Positions 26,505 through 38,166 of a DNA stretch of 64,000 nt are shown in pieces. Position 1 is the stretch's first letter. Each line of letters starts with the position of its first letter. The translations under genes and the position numbers were made by a program. The notes beneath the pieces were generated by a model. That model was not told the DNA's origin, searched no databases, and saw only the letters and a list, made by a program, of their open reading frames with translations. Where the stretch lies: positions 41,056-105,055 of the forward strand of contig CACEIC010000001.1 of assembly GCA_902559605.1 (NCBI GenBank). The letters run 5' to 3'. The stretch is from an uncultured Pelagibacteraceae bacterium (GTDB taxonomy: Bacteria; Pseudomonadota; Alphaproteobacteria; Pelagibacterales; Pelagibacteraceae).

Positions 26505-28330
26505 TAACTTTCCAAGAAACTTTTTAATTGTTTAGATCTACTTGGATGTTTTAGTTTTCTTAGAGCTTTGGCCTCTATTTGTCTTATTCTTTCTCTAGTA
26601 ACCGAAAACTGAAGTCCTACCTCCTCTAAGGTGTGATCAGTGTTCATTCCAACTCCAAATCTCATTCTAAGAACTCTTTCTTCTCTTGGAGTAAGAGTAG
26701 ATAAAATTTTGGTTGTTGCTTCACTTAAATTAGATTTTATTGCTTGCTCTAATGGAGCTAAAGCTTTTGTATCCTCTATAAAATCTCCCAGACTGCTATC
26801 TTCTTCGTCACCAACAGGTTTTTCAAGGGAAACAGGTTCTTTGGAAATTTTTAAAACTTTTCTTACTTTTTCCAGAGGCATTCTTAATTTTTTTGCAAGC
26901 TCTTCTGGAGTAGCCTCTCTACCAAATTCACTTAAAATTAATCTTTGGGTTCTTACTATTTTATTTATAGTTTCGATCATATGAACAGGTATTCTTATGG
27001 TTCTTGCCTGATCTGCTATAGACCTGGTAATTGCCTGTCTAATCCACCAAGTGGCGTATGTAGAAAATTTATAGCCTCTTCTATATTCAAACTTATCTAC
27101 AGCTTTCATCAAACCTATGTTGCCTTCTTGAATTAGATCTAAAAACTGGAGGCCTCTATTGGTATATTTTTTTGCTATAGAAATAACTAATCTTAAATTT
27201 GCCTCAACCATTTCTTTTTTTGCTATTCTTGATTCTTTTTCACCTTTTTGAACTCTGCTAACTAATTTTTTAAAATCTGTGACTGATATTCCCAATTTAT
27301 TACTTATCTCAACTAACCTATCTCTTATATTTTTAAAATCATTCTTATTTTTTTGAAAAAATTTTTTCCATGTTTCATTTGTATCTAAAAACTCTTTTAG
27401 GTTGGGATTAATTTCATTACCAATATAAAATTTAATAAATTCATCTCTAGATATTTTTGAGTCTATTGCTAATCGTAGTAAATTTCCTTCCAAAGATACT
27501 ATCTTTTTATTTTCTGAATAATGTTTTTGCACAAGTTCTTCTAAAACTGAGGGAGAAAGCTGTAATGATTTTATTTTTTCTAAGATATTATCGACTATCT
27601 TCTTATAATTAGTTTCTTTAGACGAAGAAAATTTAATAGAATTTAATACACAATTAAGCTTCTCATTCTGATATTTAATTAATTTATTATATTCTTTAGT
27701 TAATAAATGTACTGTATTTAATACCTTCGGTTTTATTTCAGTTTCCATTGCAGCTAAAGTAGGATTAAACTCATCATCATCTGCGTGGTTATTCTCTTCT
27801 TGATTTTGATCGTCGTCCTGTTTTTTGGTTTTTGAATTATTTGAATTTTCATCATCATCCATATAATTCGTATCAATATCAATAATCTCTCTTACTAAAA
27901 TTTCATCGTTCTGGAGCTTTGTATTCCACTCAAAAAATTGTTGTGCGGTAATAGGACTTTGAGATAACGCATTTAACATTACGTCTTTCCCAGCTTCTAT
28001 TCTTTTTGCAATTGCTATCTCACCTTCTCGTGACAATAATTCTACTCCGCCCATCTCTCGAAGGTACATTCTTATAGGATCATCACTTTTCTCCAAAGTT
28101 TTTCCTTCATCTTTAGACGACGCATCTTTTTTTCTTAATATTTTATAGTCGGATTTTTTTTCAACAAGAACTATACTTTCATTGAGAATATGAATAAAAG
28201 CTTGAGCGAGATTTTCACTAGACAAATTTCTTTTTCCAAGCGATTTATTTAGTTCTTCGTGTGTTATAAATCCTCTATGGATCCCTCGACCCATTAGTCT
28301 TGCAAATGATTTTGTAATTATTCGTTCCAC
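26504..28330 (-). CDS. rpoD: RNA polymerase primary sigma factor
   Basis: [36 protein letters not shown] and [16 protein letters not shown] motifs. Confidence 0.98.
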   Translation of the reverse strand: MERIITKSFARLMGRGIHRGFITHEELNKSLGKRNLSSENLAQAFIHILNESIVLVEKKSDYKILRKKDASSKDEGKTLEKSDDPIRMYLREMGGVELLSREGEIAIAKRIEAGKDVMLNALSQSPITAQQFFEWNTKLQNDEILVREIIDIDTNYMDDDENSNNSKTKKQDDDQNQEENNHADDDEFNPTLAAMETEIKPKVLNTVHLLTKEYNKLIKYQNEKLNCVLNSIKFSSSKETNYKKIVDNILEKIKSLQLSPSVLEELVQKHYSENKKIVSLEGNLLRLAIDSKISRDEFIKFYIGNEINPNLKEFLDTNETWKKFFQKNKNDFKNIRDRLVEISNKLGISVTDFKKLVSRVQKGEKESRIAKKEMVEANLRLVISIAKKYTNRGLQFLDLIQEGNIGLMKAVDKFEYRRGYKFSTYATWWIRQAITRSIADQARTIRIPVHMIETINKIVRTQRLILSEFGREATPEELAKKLRMPLEKVRKVLKISKEPVSLEKPVGDEEDSSLGDFIEDTKALAPLEQAIKSNLSEATTKILSTLTPREERVLRMRFGVGMNTDHTLEEVGLQFSVTRERIRQIEAKALRKLKHPSRSKQLKSFLES

Positions 28331-28394
28331 AATAAAAGTTTGAAGAACTTATATAATGTCTATTACAAAAAAATCTATGTGATTTTTTTTATTT

Positions 28395-30170
28395 TTAGTT
28401 GATTTTTTGCAGCTTTTTTAACTCTTTTATCTTGTTAAATGTGCTTTCGCTCATATCTTCTAAAAACTTTGATTCTAATTCAGATATTCTTTGCTCTAAT
28501 TCATAATTTTTAAGATCTTGTATAATCTCAGTAAAAATCTCTAAAATTTTTTCTTCATCATTTAAGTTTTTTGAAATTATGTGTTTGACAGAAGCATAAT
28601 TCATAACTCTATTAACAAGATTTTTATCCACATTTAATTTTTGTAAGTCTAAATTTATTAAATTTTCTGATTGGTTTAAAATTTCAGCAAATAATTGCTT
28701 GTTTTCATCGCTATATAATTTGACTCTATCTATCAAATGAAAATTTTTCTGAATTAATTTAGGTTTAGAAAGCAATATATATAAAAATGAAAATTCTTTT
28801 ATTTCAAAAGATTTTAACGACTTCGTCTCATTGTAGTAACTTTTAGTTTTAGCAAGAGATTTCGGAAATGTTTTATAATTTTTATTGAATTTTGAGTTAA
28901 TATTTGGTGTTAACTCTGAAACTTTTTCAAGAAAATACTCTAGAGTATATTTTTTCACAAAACTATCTTTTATATTTGATGCAATCTCTCTTAGTTTTTT
29001 TTCAAAGATTGCTCGCGAACTAGGACTTTCCGTCGTTTGACTCATATAATGTTCAAAAATAAATTTATGAATAGGTATTATTTTATGATTTGAAATTTCT
29101 AAGAATTTCTCTCTACCAAATTTATTTACATAATTATCTGGATCTAAATTATCTTCTAAAAGTAGAAAAGAAATTTTTTTGTCAGGTTTTAATTCATCTA
29201 TAATATTCTCTGCAGCTCGTAGAGCAGCTTTATAACCACTTTGATCACCATCAAAACATATAATGACATGATTATAGAATTGATTTAAAATTTGTATCTG
29301 TTTGCTTGTTAAAGCAGTTCCTAAGTTTGCAACAGTATTTTCTATGCCATTTTTTGATAAACCAATAACATCCATATACCCCTCTACTAAATAAACATCT
29401 TCTAATTTATTTGATAATTTTCTTGCTTTATCAAGGTTATATAAATTAGATCCTTTCTTGAAAAAAGGTGTTTCAGGTGAATTAATATATTTAGCTAAAT
29501 TTTTATTTTCGTCTACAATTCTTCCTCCAAAACCTATTATATTACCTGATATATTTTTTATTGGAAAAATTATTCTGTTTCGAAATCTTGATATATATTT
29601 TTTTTTCTTCTCATCAAAGTAAAATAAGCCCGTGTCTTTGATAATTTCTTCATCAAAATCCTTTTTTAGAACTTCATAATAATCTAAATCCTCTGTTACA
29701 AAACCAAGATTAAAATTTTTAACCTCAATACCAGACAGTCCTCTTTCTTTAAGATAATTTTTTGCATTAATTGAATTCTTATTTTTAAATAATTCATTTT
29801 TATAAAACTCAGAAAAATTACTACATATAGATTTATATAACTTCCATTTAATCTCTCTTTCCTCATCTTGTTTTGAAAATGTATAAGGTTGCATACCTGC
29901 AAGATTTGAAAGCATTTTAACCGCCTCGCCAAATCTAAGATTTTGGGTTTTCATTACAAAATCAAAAATATTTCCGTGCTCACTTGTACTAAAGCAATGA
30001 TAAAATTCTTTTTCATCATTGACTGTAAATGATGGAGTTTTCTCTGTCTTAAAAGGAGACAAGCCAACAAACTCTTTACCTCTTTTTTTAAGTTTAACAG
30101 TTTTAGAAACAACTGTTGAAACTTTTAATCTAGTTTTAATTTCGTCTAAATATTCTTTTGGATATTTCAT
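28395..30170 (-). CDS. dnaG: DNA primase
   Basis: EKTPSF, FGGR, KYINSPET, VEGYMD, LGTA, DGD and DPD motifs. Confidence 0.97.
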   Translation of the reverse strand: MKYPKEYLDEIKTRLKVSTVVSKTVKLKKRGKEFVGLSPFKTEKTPSFTVNDEKEFYHCFSTSEHGNIFDFVMKTQNLRFGEAVKMLSNLAGMQPYTFSKQDEEREIKWKLYKSICSNFSEFYKNELFKNKNSINAKNYLKERGLSGIEVKNFNLGFVTEDLDYYEVLKKDFDEEIIKDTGLFYFDEKKKKYISRFRNRIIFPIKNISGNIIGFGGRIVDENKNLAKYINSPETPFFKKGSNLYNLDKARKLSNKLEDVYLVEGYMDVIGLSKNGIENTVANLGTALTSKQIQILNQFYNHVIICFDGDQSGYKAALRAAENIIDELKPDKKISFLLLEDNLDPDNYVNKFGREKFLEISNHKIIPIHKFIFEHYMSQTTESPSSRAIFEKKLREIASNIKDSFVKKYTLEYFLEKVSELTPNINSKFNKNYKTFPKSLAKTKSYYNETKSLKSFEIKEFSFLYILLSKPKLIQKNFHLIDRVKLYSDENKQLFAEILNQSENLINLDLQKLNVDKNLVNRVMNYASVKHIISKNLNDEEKILEIFTEIIQDLKNYELEQRISELESKFLEDMSESTFNKIKELKKLQKIN

Positions 30171-30631
30171 TAGCTATTAAGTAAATTTTTAATAATCTGT
30201 CCTGCCTTAGAAAAATCAATTGTATCAGCATAGTTTTTTTTTAATTCACTCATCACTTTGCCCATGTCCTTTAAAGAAGAAGCCCCAGAGTTTTTTATAA
30301 TTTCTTCACAAATCTTTTCTGTATCGGCTTCAGATAATTGCTTAGGCAAGTACTCTGATAAAACATCAAGCTCTCCTTGTTCAATTTCTAGTAAATCTGA
30401 TCTGTTATTTTTTTTGTATATTTCAATTGATTCGGATCTTTGTTTGATCATTTTTTTTAAGAGTTTTTTTATATCTTCATCGTCTGTTTCCTTTTTATTT
30501 GGGCCAGACCTATTGTTAATATCTAAGTCCTTAACTCCAGATAAAATTAACCTATAAGTTGATATCTTATTTTTATCTTTGGATTTTAAAGCATTTTTGT
30601 AATCGCTATCTATTTTATCTCTTAGGGACAT
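30170..30631 (-). CDS. GatB/YqeY domain protein (start reassigned to MSLRDKI at 30631)
   Basis: KMIKQRSESIEIY, YLPKQL and KDMGKVM motifs. The track's longer start overlaps the divergent carA. Confidence 0.9.
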   Translation of the reverse strand: MSLRDKIDSDYKNALKSKDKNKISTYRLILSGVKDLDINNRSGPNKKETDDEDIKKLLKKMIKQRSESIEIYKKNNRSDLLEIEQGELDVLSEYLPKQLSEADTEKICEEIIKNSGASSLKDMGKVMSELKKNYADTIDFSKAGQIIKNLLNS

Positions 30632-30753
30632 ATTAGAATGTACTTCATAGACAAAATTGTTCAAAAGAAAAAATTGTATTTTTAAAATATTATTATAGAT
30701 CTGTTGCGGATAAATACGTTTTATTGTATTAACCTTTAACTCATGAGTTGTAA

Positions 30754-31947
30754 TTGACTTTAAAACGAAAAAACAAAACTTCACATCTCTCAAATTTTAA
30801 CACAGCTATTTTAGTTCTCGAAAATAAGTCAGTCTTTAAAGGAATTGGACTGGGGTATAAGGGAGAGGCAACTGGAGAAGTATGCTTTAATACTTCATTA
30901 ACTGGTTATCAAGAAATCATATCTGACCCATCTTATGCAGGGCAAATAATAAATTTTACATTTCCTCATATTGGCAATGTGGGAACTAATAATGAAGACT
31001 TAGAGTCTGACAAAATATGGACGAGAGGAGTTATTTTTAATTCAGAGATAACAAGTCCTTCTAATTATAGGTCTCTTCAAAATTTAGATAAATGGCTAAA
31101 AAAAAATAAAATAGTAGGCATAACTGGTCTAGATACTAGAAGTTTAACTAATTTTATAAGAGATAAGGGTGCTCCAAAAGGAACTATATCAAACAATAAA
31201 AATGGTAAATTTAATATTAATAAACTAATAAATAAATCAATTAAATGGCCTGGTTTGAATGGAATGGATCTGGCTCAAGAAGTCACAACTAATAAAACTT
31301 ATATTTGGAAAGGATATAAAACTTGGAAAAAAAATAAGGGTTATGAAAAAAATAAAAAGAAAAAATTTAGGGTTGTTGCAATAGATTTTGGTATTAAAAA
31401 AAATATACTTAGGTATTTTTCTGATTTCGATTGCGAAGTTAAAGTTGTTTCCTGCAAAGAAAACGCAAATAATATACTTAATCTAAAACCTCATGGAATT
31501 TTCTTATCGAACGGTCCTGGAGATCCTGCTGCAACAGGAAAGTATGCAATCAAAGTTGTAAAAAATTTAATAAAAAAGAATATTCCATTATTTGGGATAT
31601 GTTTGGGTCATCAAATATTAGCTTTAGCTTTAGATGCGAAAACAGAAAAGATGAAATTAGGGCACAGGGGCGCAAATCATCCAGTCAAAAACTTGATTTC
31701 AAAGAAAGTTGAAATTACAAGTCAAAATCATGGATTTGAGGTTGTTAAAGAAAGTTTAAAAAAAAATACAGAAATAACTCATCTATCATTATTCGACAAT
31801 TCGATAGAAGGAATAAGACTAAAAAATAAACCAGTTTTCTCAGTCCAATATCATCCTGAAGCAAATCCTGGACCACAAGATAGTAAATATTTATTTAGTA
31901 ATTTTATTAAAGACATAAAAAAATATGCCAAAAAGAAAAGACATTAA
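30754..31947 (+). CDS. carA: Carbamoyl-phosphate synthase small subunit
   Basis: [22 protein letters not shown] and QYHPEA motifs; exact start uncertain. Confidence 0.97.
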   Translation: MTLKRKNKTSHLSNFNTAILVLENKSVFKGIGLGYKGEATGEVCFNTSLTGYQEIISDPSYAGQIINFTFPHIGNVGTNNEDLESDKIWTRGVIFNSEITSPSNYRSLQNLDKWLKKNKIVGITGLDTRSLTNFIRDKGAPKGTISNNKNGKFNINKLINKSIKWPGLNGMDLAQEVTTNKTYIWKGYKTWKKNKGYEKNKKKKFRVVAIDFGIKKNILRYFSDFDCEVKVVSCKENANNILNLKPHGIFLSNGPGDPAATGKYAIKVVKNLIKKNIPLFGICLGHQILALALDAKTEKMKLGHRGANHPVKNLISKKVEITSQNHGFEVVKESLKKNTEITHLSLFDNSIEGIRLKNKPVFSVQYHPEANPGPQDSKYLFSNFIKDIKKYAKKKRH

Positions 31948-34900
31948 AAAAATTTTAGTTATTGGAGCTGGCCCAATTATTATTGGTCAAGCTTGTGAAT
32001 TTGATTATTCGGGAACTCAAGCATGTAAAGCATTAAAAGACGAGGGTTACAAAGTAATATTAATCAACTCTAATCCTGCAACTATAATGACCGATCCCGG
32101 TGTTGCTGATAAAACTTATATCGAACCAATATCTTTGGAAGTGCTTGAAGAAGTCATCAAAAAAGAAAGGCCTGATGCTATTTTACCTACAATGGGTGGT
32201 CAAACAGCATTAAATCTTGCAATTAATGCAGAAAAAATTGGATTGTTAAAAAAGTATAAAATTGAACTTATTGGAGCAAACTCCAAAGCTATAGCAAATG
32301 CTGAGGATAGAAAAAAATTCAGAAAAAATATGTCTGATATTGGTATTGATTTACCAAAATCAGAAGTTCTAAATAAATTTTCAAACGCTAAAAAATGTTT
32401 AAATAAAATTGGTCTTCCTGCAATTATTAGACCCTCTTTTACTTTGGGAGGATTAGGTGGAGGAATTGCAAGAACATCAAAAGATTTTTTTAAAATTGTT
32501 AAAGAAGGAATGAACGAGTCTCCGCAAAATCAGGTTTTGGTTGAGGAATGTTTGGATGGATGGAAAGAATTTGAGATGGAGGTTGTCAGAGATAGAAATG
32601 ATAATTGTATAATTATTTGTTCAATAGAAAATATTGATCCAATGGGAACGCATACTGGTGACTCTGTTACAATAGCTCCGGCATTAACACTGACAGATAA
32701 AGAATATCAAGTAATGAGAAATGCATCTATTGCTTGCTTAAGAAAAATTGGTGTTGAAACAGGAGGTTCGAATGTTCAATTCGCCATAAATCCGAAAAAT
32801 GGAAGAATGGTAATTATTGAAATGAACCCTAGAGTTTCAAGGTCATCTGCATTAGCTTCTAAAGCAACTGGCTTTCCAATAGCAAAAGTGGCCGCAAAAT
32901 TAGCAGTTGGCTATACTCTTGATGAACTACAAAATGAAATAACAAAAGTAACACCTGCTTCTTTTGAACCAACAATCGATTATGTTGTGACAAAAATTCC
33001 AAGGTTTACGTTTGAAAAATTTTCTGACACAGAGGTAATTTTAGGCACATCTATGAGATCAGTTGGTGAAGCAATGGCAATTGGGAGAAATTTTAAAGAA
33101 TCTTTTCAAAAAGCTCTGGTTTCACTTGAAACTGGTTTATCAGGATTAGATAATATTTTTAACTATTCAAAAAAAGAAATCCTAAAAAATTTAAAAATCA
33201 ATATTCCAAATAAATTGCTATTAATTGCTGAAGCTTTTAGAAAAAAAATTTCTTTAGATGTCATATATAAATTATCAAAAGTAGATCCATGGTTTTTAAA
33301 TCAAATTAAGGAAATAGTTGATGAAGAGAAAATATTAAGTTTGAAAGGGCTGCCCAAAACTTTTGAAGAATTTAATAGAATAAAATCAATAGGCTTTTCT
33401 GACAAAAAGATCTCACAAATTACTGGTCAAAAAGAAGCAATCGTCAAATCAAGAAGAAAAGGGCTAAAAGTTATGCCTGTTTTTAAGAAAGTTGATACAT
33501 GCGCTGCTGAATTCAAATCTTTCACACCTTATATGTATTCTACTTATCAAAGAAATTTTTCTATTAAAACTGAATGCGAAGCTGAGCCAAGTAATAAAAA
33601 AAAAATAATAATCTTAGGTGGAGGACCAAATAGAATTGGTCAAGGTATAGAGTTTGATTACTGCTGTTGTCAGGCTAGCTTTTCTCTAAAAGAAGCAGGT
33701 TTTGAAACAATAATGATAAATTGTAACCCAGAAACTGTTTCTACAGATTATGATACAAGCGATAGATTGTACTTTGAGCCTTTGATTGAAGAGTATGTTG
33801 AGAATATAATTTTAAAAGAAAAATCAAAAGGAAATCTAATTGGCGTTATTGCACAATTTGGAGGTCAAACTCCTATCAAATTAGCTAAATTTTTAGATGA
33901 AAATAAATTACCTATTTTAGGGACACAATATAAATCAATTGATCTAGCAGAAGATAGAGACAGATTTAGAGAGTTACTTATAAAGCTTAAATTAAAACAA
34001 GCTGAGAGCGGAATAGCCTACAAGTTCGATCAAGCTATTAATGTTGCTGAAAAAATTGGATTGCCTGTAGTTGTTAGACCTTCTTATGTTTTGGGAGGAA
34101 GAGCTATGGAGATTGTTCATGACAAAAGCCAATTAAAACAATTTATCAATGAAGCCTTCAAAGCATCGGAGCAAAATCCAATCTTGATTGACAAATTTAT
34201 TGATAGCGCAATGGAAGTAGATGTAGATGCAATTTCTGATGGAAAAGATGTTTATGTTGCTGGAATAATGCAACACATCGAAGAAGCAGGAATTCACTCA
34301 GGAGACTCTGCTTGCTGCTTGCCACCGGTATCAATAAAGGCAAATCTTTTAAGAGAATTGAAAATACAAACAAGAAAATTGGCGCTGGCTTTAAAAGTTA
34401 AAGGATTTTTAAATATTCAATATGCAATTAAAAATGATGAAATTTTTGTCATTGAAGTTAATCCTAGAGCGAGCAGAACTGTCCCCTTTGTTTCAAAAGC
34501 AAACGGTATTCCACTTGCAAAAATTGCATCAAGAATAATGTCTGGGGAAAAGTTAAGTAAGTATAAATTAAAATATAAAACCAATAAAAAATTTGCTGTT
34601 AAGGAAGCAGTATTTCCATTTAATAAATTTCCAGATAGTGATTTATTGCTTGGGCCTGAGATGAAGTCTACTGGTGAGGTAATGGGTTTTGATGATGATT
34701 TTGGAATGGCTGTTGCAAAAAGTCAAATTGCTGCTTCTAATTCATTACCAACTAAAGGAATGGCATTCTTATCAGTAAAAGACTCTCACAAGCAAGAAAT
34801 AATAGGTATTGCTCAAAGATTAATCAAACTTGGATTTACACTTTCTGCAACCAAAGGAACTTCAGAGATTTTAAAACAAAATGGAATGAAATGTAAAAAA

Positions 34901-35149
34901 ATTAATAAAGTGAGCAGTGGTAGACCACATATAGTAGATGTATTAAATTCTAAAAAAATATCTTTGGTAATAAATACTGGAGGTGGAAATTCTGAACACA
35001 GGATTAGTGATGCAAGAGCATTAAGAAGAGGAACTCTTGCAAACAAAATCCCTTATTGTACGAATATGTCTACAGCTTATTCATTCTTAGAAGCAATTAA
35101 ATCCTTAAAAACAACAAAATTAAGAGTTAGATCTCTACAAGATAATTAA
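31925..35149 (+). CDS. carB: Carbamoyl-phosphate synthase large subunit
   Basis: [17 protein letters not shown], duplicated ATP-grasp domains, MGS domain. Confidence 0.98.
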   Translation: MPKRKDIKKILVIGAGPIIIGQACEFDYSGTQACKALKDEGYKVILINSNPATIMTDPGVADKTYIEPISLEVLEEVIKKERPDAILPTMGGQTALNLAINAEKIGLLKKYKIELIGANSKAIANAEDRKKFRKNMSDIGIDLPKSEVLNKFSNAKKCLNKIGLPAIIRPSFTLGGLGGGIARTSKDFFKIVKEGMNESPQNQVLVEECLDGWKEFEMEVVRDRNDNCIIICSIENIDPMGTHTGDSVTIAPALTLTDKEYQVMRNASIACLRKIGVETGGSNVQFAINPKNGRMVIIEMNPRVSRSSALASKATGFPIAKVAAKLAVGYTLDELQNEITKVTPASFEPTIDYVVTKIPRFTFEKFSDTEVILGTSMRSVGEAMAIGRNFKESFQKALVSLETGLSGLDNIFNYSKKEILKNLKINIPNKLLLIAEAFRKKISLDVIYKLSKVDPWFLNQIKEIVDEEKILSLKGLPKTFEEFNRIKSIGFSDKKISQITGQKEAIVKSRRKGLKVMPVFKKVDTCAAEFKSFTPYMYSTYQRNFSIKTECEAEPSNKKKIIILGGGPNRIGQGIEFDYCCCQASFSLKEAGFETIMINCNPETVSTDYDTSDRLYFEPLIEEYVENIILKEKSKGNLIGVIAQFGGQTPIKLAKFLDENKLPILGTQYKSIDLAEDRDRFRELLIKLKLKQAESGIAYKFDQAINVAEKIGLPVVVRPSYVLGGRAMEIVHDKSQLKQFINEAFKASEQNPILIDKFIDSAMEVDVDAISDGKDVYVAGIMQHIEEAGIHSGDSACCLPPVSIKANLLRELKIQTRKLALALKVKGFLNIQYAIKNDEIFVIEVNPRASRTVPFVSKANGIPLAKIASRIMSGEKLSKYKLKYKTNKKFAVKEAVFPFNKFPDSDLLLGPEMKSTGEVMGFDDDFGMAVAKSQIAASNSLPTKGMAFLSVKDSHKQEIIGIAQRLIKLGFTLSATKGTSEILKQNGMKCKKINKVSSGRPHIVDVLNSKKISLVINTGGGNSEHRISDARALRRGTLANKIPYCTNMSTAYSFLEAIKSLKTTKLRVRSLQDN

Positions 35150-35151
35150 TT

Positions 35152-35814
35152 TTAATTGACTTTCCAATCTGTCTCAAATGTAACATAATTTACTTGAAGA
35201 CACCTTCTCTCTTTTACTATTTCTTTTTTTTCCATACCATGCCAAGTGTTAGGGCCACTTGAAAAGAAATAGCCATAATTATCCTTATAAGGAACAGTTT
35301 TTGCTAATTTTAGATTTTCATCATAAAAATCTGTACCCAAATCTTCTTTTTCATTATGCTTATTTACGAATAATAAACATGACATCAGTTTCTCTTTAAT
35401 ATCGCAATGTGGTTTTAACCAGAATCCTTTTCTATCACAAATAACTTCAACTCTTACGTATGAATTTGAAAGATCTTTATTTATCATTTCAGAAATTTTT
35501 TTATATGTTGATGGATTTTGAAGTTCTTTAATAAATTCAACAAGATTAGGGAATTGATTTGAATTTTCTTTTGTTACAAAACATCTAAATTTTAATGCCT
35601 TGCCTCCGTCTGATATACCTTCTCTAAACTTACCTTCACCTCCATCAATTGCTCTTGTGCCATCATAGTTTAAATTATGTTCTATCGGATTAGCTATATC
35701 AGCGTTTACAATTTCCTGAACTTGGCCGTCAGTTAGTGGTTGATTTAATTCCCAATGTTCAAAAGGAATTTTGTGATTTGACGAATTTTTTAATATTGAA
35801 TTTAAAAATGCCAT
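35152..35814 (-). CDS. 2OG-Fe(II) oxygenase-like protein
   Basis: HxD (PHCD), distal H (TWHG) and R (RRCLQVNY). Confidence 0.75.
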   Translation of the reverse strand: MAFLNSILKNSSNHKIPFEHWELNQPLTDGQVQEIVNADIANPIEHNLNYDGTRAIDGGEGKFREGISDGGKALKFRCFVTKENSNQFPNLVEFIKELQNPSTYKKISEMINKDLSNSYVRVEVICDRKGFWLKPHCDIKEKLMSCLLFVNKHNEKEDLGTDFYDENLKLAKTVPYKDNYGYFFSSGPNTWHGMEKKEIVKERRCLQVNYVTFETDWKVN

Positions 35815-36761
35815 TATAGTTGAATTTTATCTTTAATGATATTTGCTACTCTATTCGTTTCATCTAATTTTTCATAGTTCCAATTTTCTAATTTTTCTCC
35901 TAATTCTCTAACAATTTTCATTTCTTGAAATAATTTTCTAAAATTTTTAAATCTTTTATCGCTTTTTTTAGGTGGGATATAGGCAATATAAATTGGCTTG
36001 CCTGTTAAAGCTGCCTCTGAAATCATAGAACTTGAATCGCACGTAATAACTATATGTTTTGATATTGCAAGCGCACTTAAATAGGCCTTTTTATCAACAC
36101 CATCTAATACTAAATGATCGTTTCCAAAATATATTTTTGCATGTTCTATAGTTCCCTTTGGCGTTCTCATAGAAGGGATGACTACTAAATTAAGATTATT
36201 TTCTTTAACTAAATAATTTACTTTTGAAAAAATTTCTTGGATATTTCTATCTGAATAATCATAATACTGGGTAGGACCACCAATTATTAAAGAAATTATA
36301 TTTTTATCCCTCAATTTGCTTGAAATACTAAACAAATATTCTTTGTCTTTTTCAATTTCTTCACTTGTTAAATAATGAATAGCTCCTTTTGTTTTTAATA
36401 CATTATCTCCATCAAGATTATCGTGCTCTGGCACTACAACTAGATCAAAATTATCAAGTTTTATCTTTGGGTTTTGAATATGAATGTTAAATACTTTTTT
36501 CTTTGAATTTTTTTTTAAGAATAAAGATGGAATAATACTTTTTCTTCCACATGAAATTATTAAATCAACATCTTCGCATTCAATTTTTTTAAAAACTGAG
36601 TCGGATATTGGAGTGAATTTTGGCGGTATAACTTTCCAGAAACCTTTTGTTTCAACTATGTGGTGAGAATAATTTATATCTAAAGCTTTAGCCAAACCTT
36701 CAACTTGGCTAATCATCCCATGCATACCTTCTGTTAATAATATACCTTTCAATTTAGTCAT
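35814..36761 (-). CDS. ELM1 (mitochondrial fission ELM1-like, GT-B fold) family protein
   Basis: SQVEGLA, IHIQNP, FDLVVVPEHD and TCDSSSMISEA motifs. Confidence 0.85.
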   Translation of the reverse strand: MTKLKGILLTEGMHGMISQVEGLAKALDINYSHHIVETKGFWKVIPPKFTPISDSVFKKIECEDVDLIISCGRKSIIPSLFLKKNSKKKVFNIHIQNPKIKLDNFDLVVVPEHDNLDGDNVLKTKGAIHYLTSEEIEKDKEYLFSISSKLRDKNIISLIIGGPTQYYDYSDRNIQEIFSKVNYLVKENNLNLVVIPSMRTPKGTIEHAKIYFGNDHLVLDGVDKKAYLSALAISKHIVITCDSSSMISEAALTGKPIYIAYIPPKKSDKRFKNFRKLFQEMKIVRELGEKLENWNYEKLDETNRVANIIKDKIQL

Positions 36762-36782
36762 TAATCATTATATAGCTTTCAT

Positions 36783-37730
36783 ATGAGTGAAAATCCAACT
36801 AAACACACAAAAGTGTTAATAATTGGGTCAGGTCCCGCTGGATATACAGCAGCAATATATGCTGCAAGAGCAATGTTAAAACCAATACTAGTTCATGGCA
36901 TGGAACCTGGTGGCCAATTAACAACAACAACCGATGTTGAAAATTTCCCTGGATTTAAAGATGTAATACAAGGGCCATGGCTTATGGATCAAATGAAAGG
37001 TCAGGCAGAAGTAGTTGGAACTGAAATGATACAAGATCATATTGCATCAGTGGACTTAAAATCTAAGCCATTTAAAGCTGTTGGAGATAGCGGCCAAATT
37101 TATGAAGCAGACTCAATAATTATTTCAACAGGAGCTCAAGCTAGATGGTTAAATATTGACTCAGAACAAAGCTTCAGAGGTTTTGGTGTATCTGCATGTG
37201 CAACATGTGATGGATTTTTCTTTAAAGACAAAATTGTAGCAGTTGTTGGAGGTGGAAATGCTGCGGTGGAAGAAGCTATGTTTTTAACAAAATTTGCCTC
37301 AAAGGTTCAGCTTATACACAGAAGAGATAGTTTGAGAGCAGAAAAATTACTTCAAAAGAAATTAATGGAAAATAAAAAAATTGAAATAATTTGGGACTCT
37401 GTTGTTGATGAAGTTATTGGTGATAATGATCCTAAAAATGTAACTGGATTAAAAATTAAAAATGTTAAAACAAATAAAGTAGATGAACTAAAAATCGATG
37501 GATTATTTATAGCTATAGGACATGATCCAGCAACTTCATTATTTAAAGATCAGTTAGAAATGGATAAAGAAGGATATTTAGTTACAAAGAATGATTCGAC
37601 AGAAACCAATATTCCAGGTGTATTCGCCGCTGGAGATGTAAAAGATAAAATATTTAGACAAGCAGTAACAGCCGCTGGAATGGGATGTATGGCCGCTTTA
37701 GAGGCAGAAAAGTTTCTTTCCCACGATTGA
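36783..37730 (+). CDS. trxB: Thioredoxin reductase
   Basis: GSGPAGYTAA, CATCDG, GGGNAA and HRRD motifs. Confidence 0.97.
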   Translation: MSENPTKHTKVLIIGSGPAGYTAAIYAARAMLKPILVHGMEPGGQLTTTTDVENFPGFKDVIQGPWLMDQMKGQAEVVGTEMIQDHIASVDLKSKPFKAVGDSGQIYEADSIIISTGAQARWLNIDSEQSFRGFGVSACATCDGFFFKDKIVAVVGGGNAAVEEAMFLTKFASKVQLIHRRDSLRAEKLLQKKLMENKKIEIIWDSVVDEVIGDNDPKNVTGLKIKNVKTNKVDELKIDGLFIAIGHDPATSLFKDQLEMDKEGYLVTKNDSTETNIPGVFAAGDVKDKIFRQAVTAAGMGCMAALEAEKFLSHD

Positions 37731-37789
37731 TTATATTCAAATAAAATTGATCTAGAATAAATATTTGAATTAAAATATAAATTAATTAG

Positions 37790-38164
37790 ATGGAAAATAT
37801 CGTAAAACAAATTCAGCTTGTCGCTTTAGTAATCATTTTAGTTAGTACAGTGATTGCTTTTGGACAAGAGATGTATCAGATGATACTCGTGCGAAGGGTT
37901 ACTTTAGCAGATCTGCTTTTACTTTTTCTATATCTTGAAGTGCTTGCAATGGTTAGAGTTTTTTGGGAGAGCCAATCAATTCAAATTACACTGCCGTTAT
38001 TTATTGCCATAACTGCACTTGCTAGATTTATTATTTTACAAGGAAAATCTCTAAATCCAGAGATATTACTGTATGAAGCTGGTGCGATTGTTTTAATTGC
38101 TTTAGCAATTGTAATCTTAAGATTTAGAAATTCTTCTCTAATTGGACTAAATAAAAAAAAATAG
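37790..38164 (+). CDS. Phosphate-starvation-inducible PsiE family membrane protein
   Basis: 4 TM helices; LADLLLLFLYLE and IAITALAR motifs. Confidence 0.8.
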   Translation: MENIVKQIQLVALVIILVSTVIAFGQEMYQMILVRRVTLADLLLLFLYLEVLAMVRVFWESQSIQITLPLFIAITALARFIILQGKSLNPEILLYEAGAIVLIALAIVILRFRNSSLIGLNKKK

Positions 38165-38166
38165 GT

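Noticed and set aside
30632-30793. 54-aa N-terminal extension on the YqeY ORF
   Set aside because: It runs through the divergent promoter region and overlaps carA; family similarity begins at MSLRDKI.
37735-37770. Inverted repeat ATTCAAATA...TATTTGAAT upstream of the psiE-like gene
   Set aside because: A 9-bp AT-rich match that is not a Pho box and could easily be chance; it may be a weak terminator or operator.
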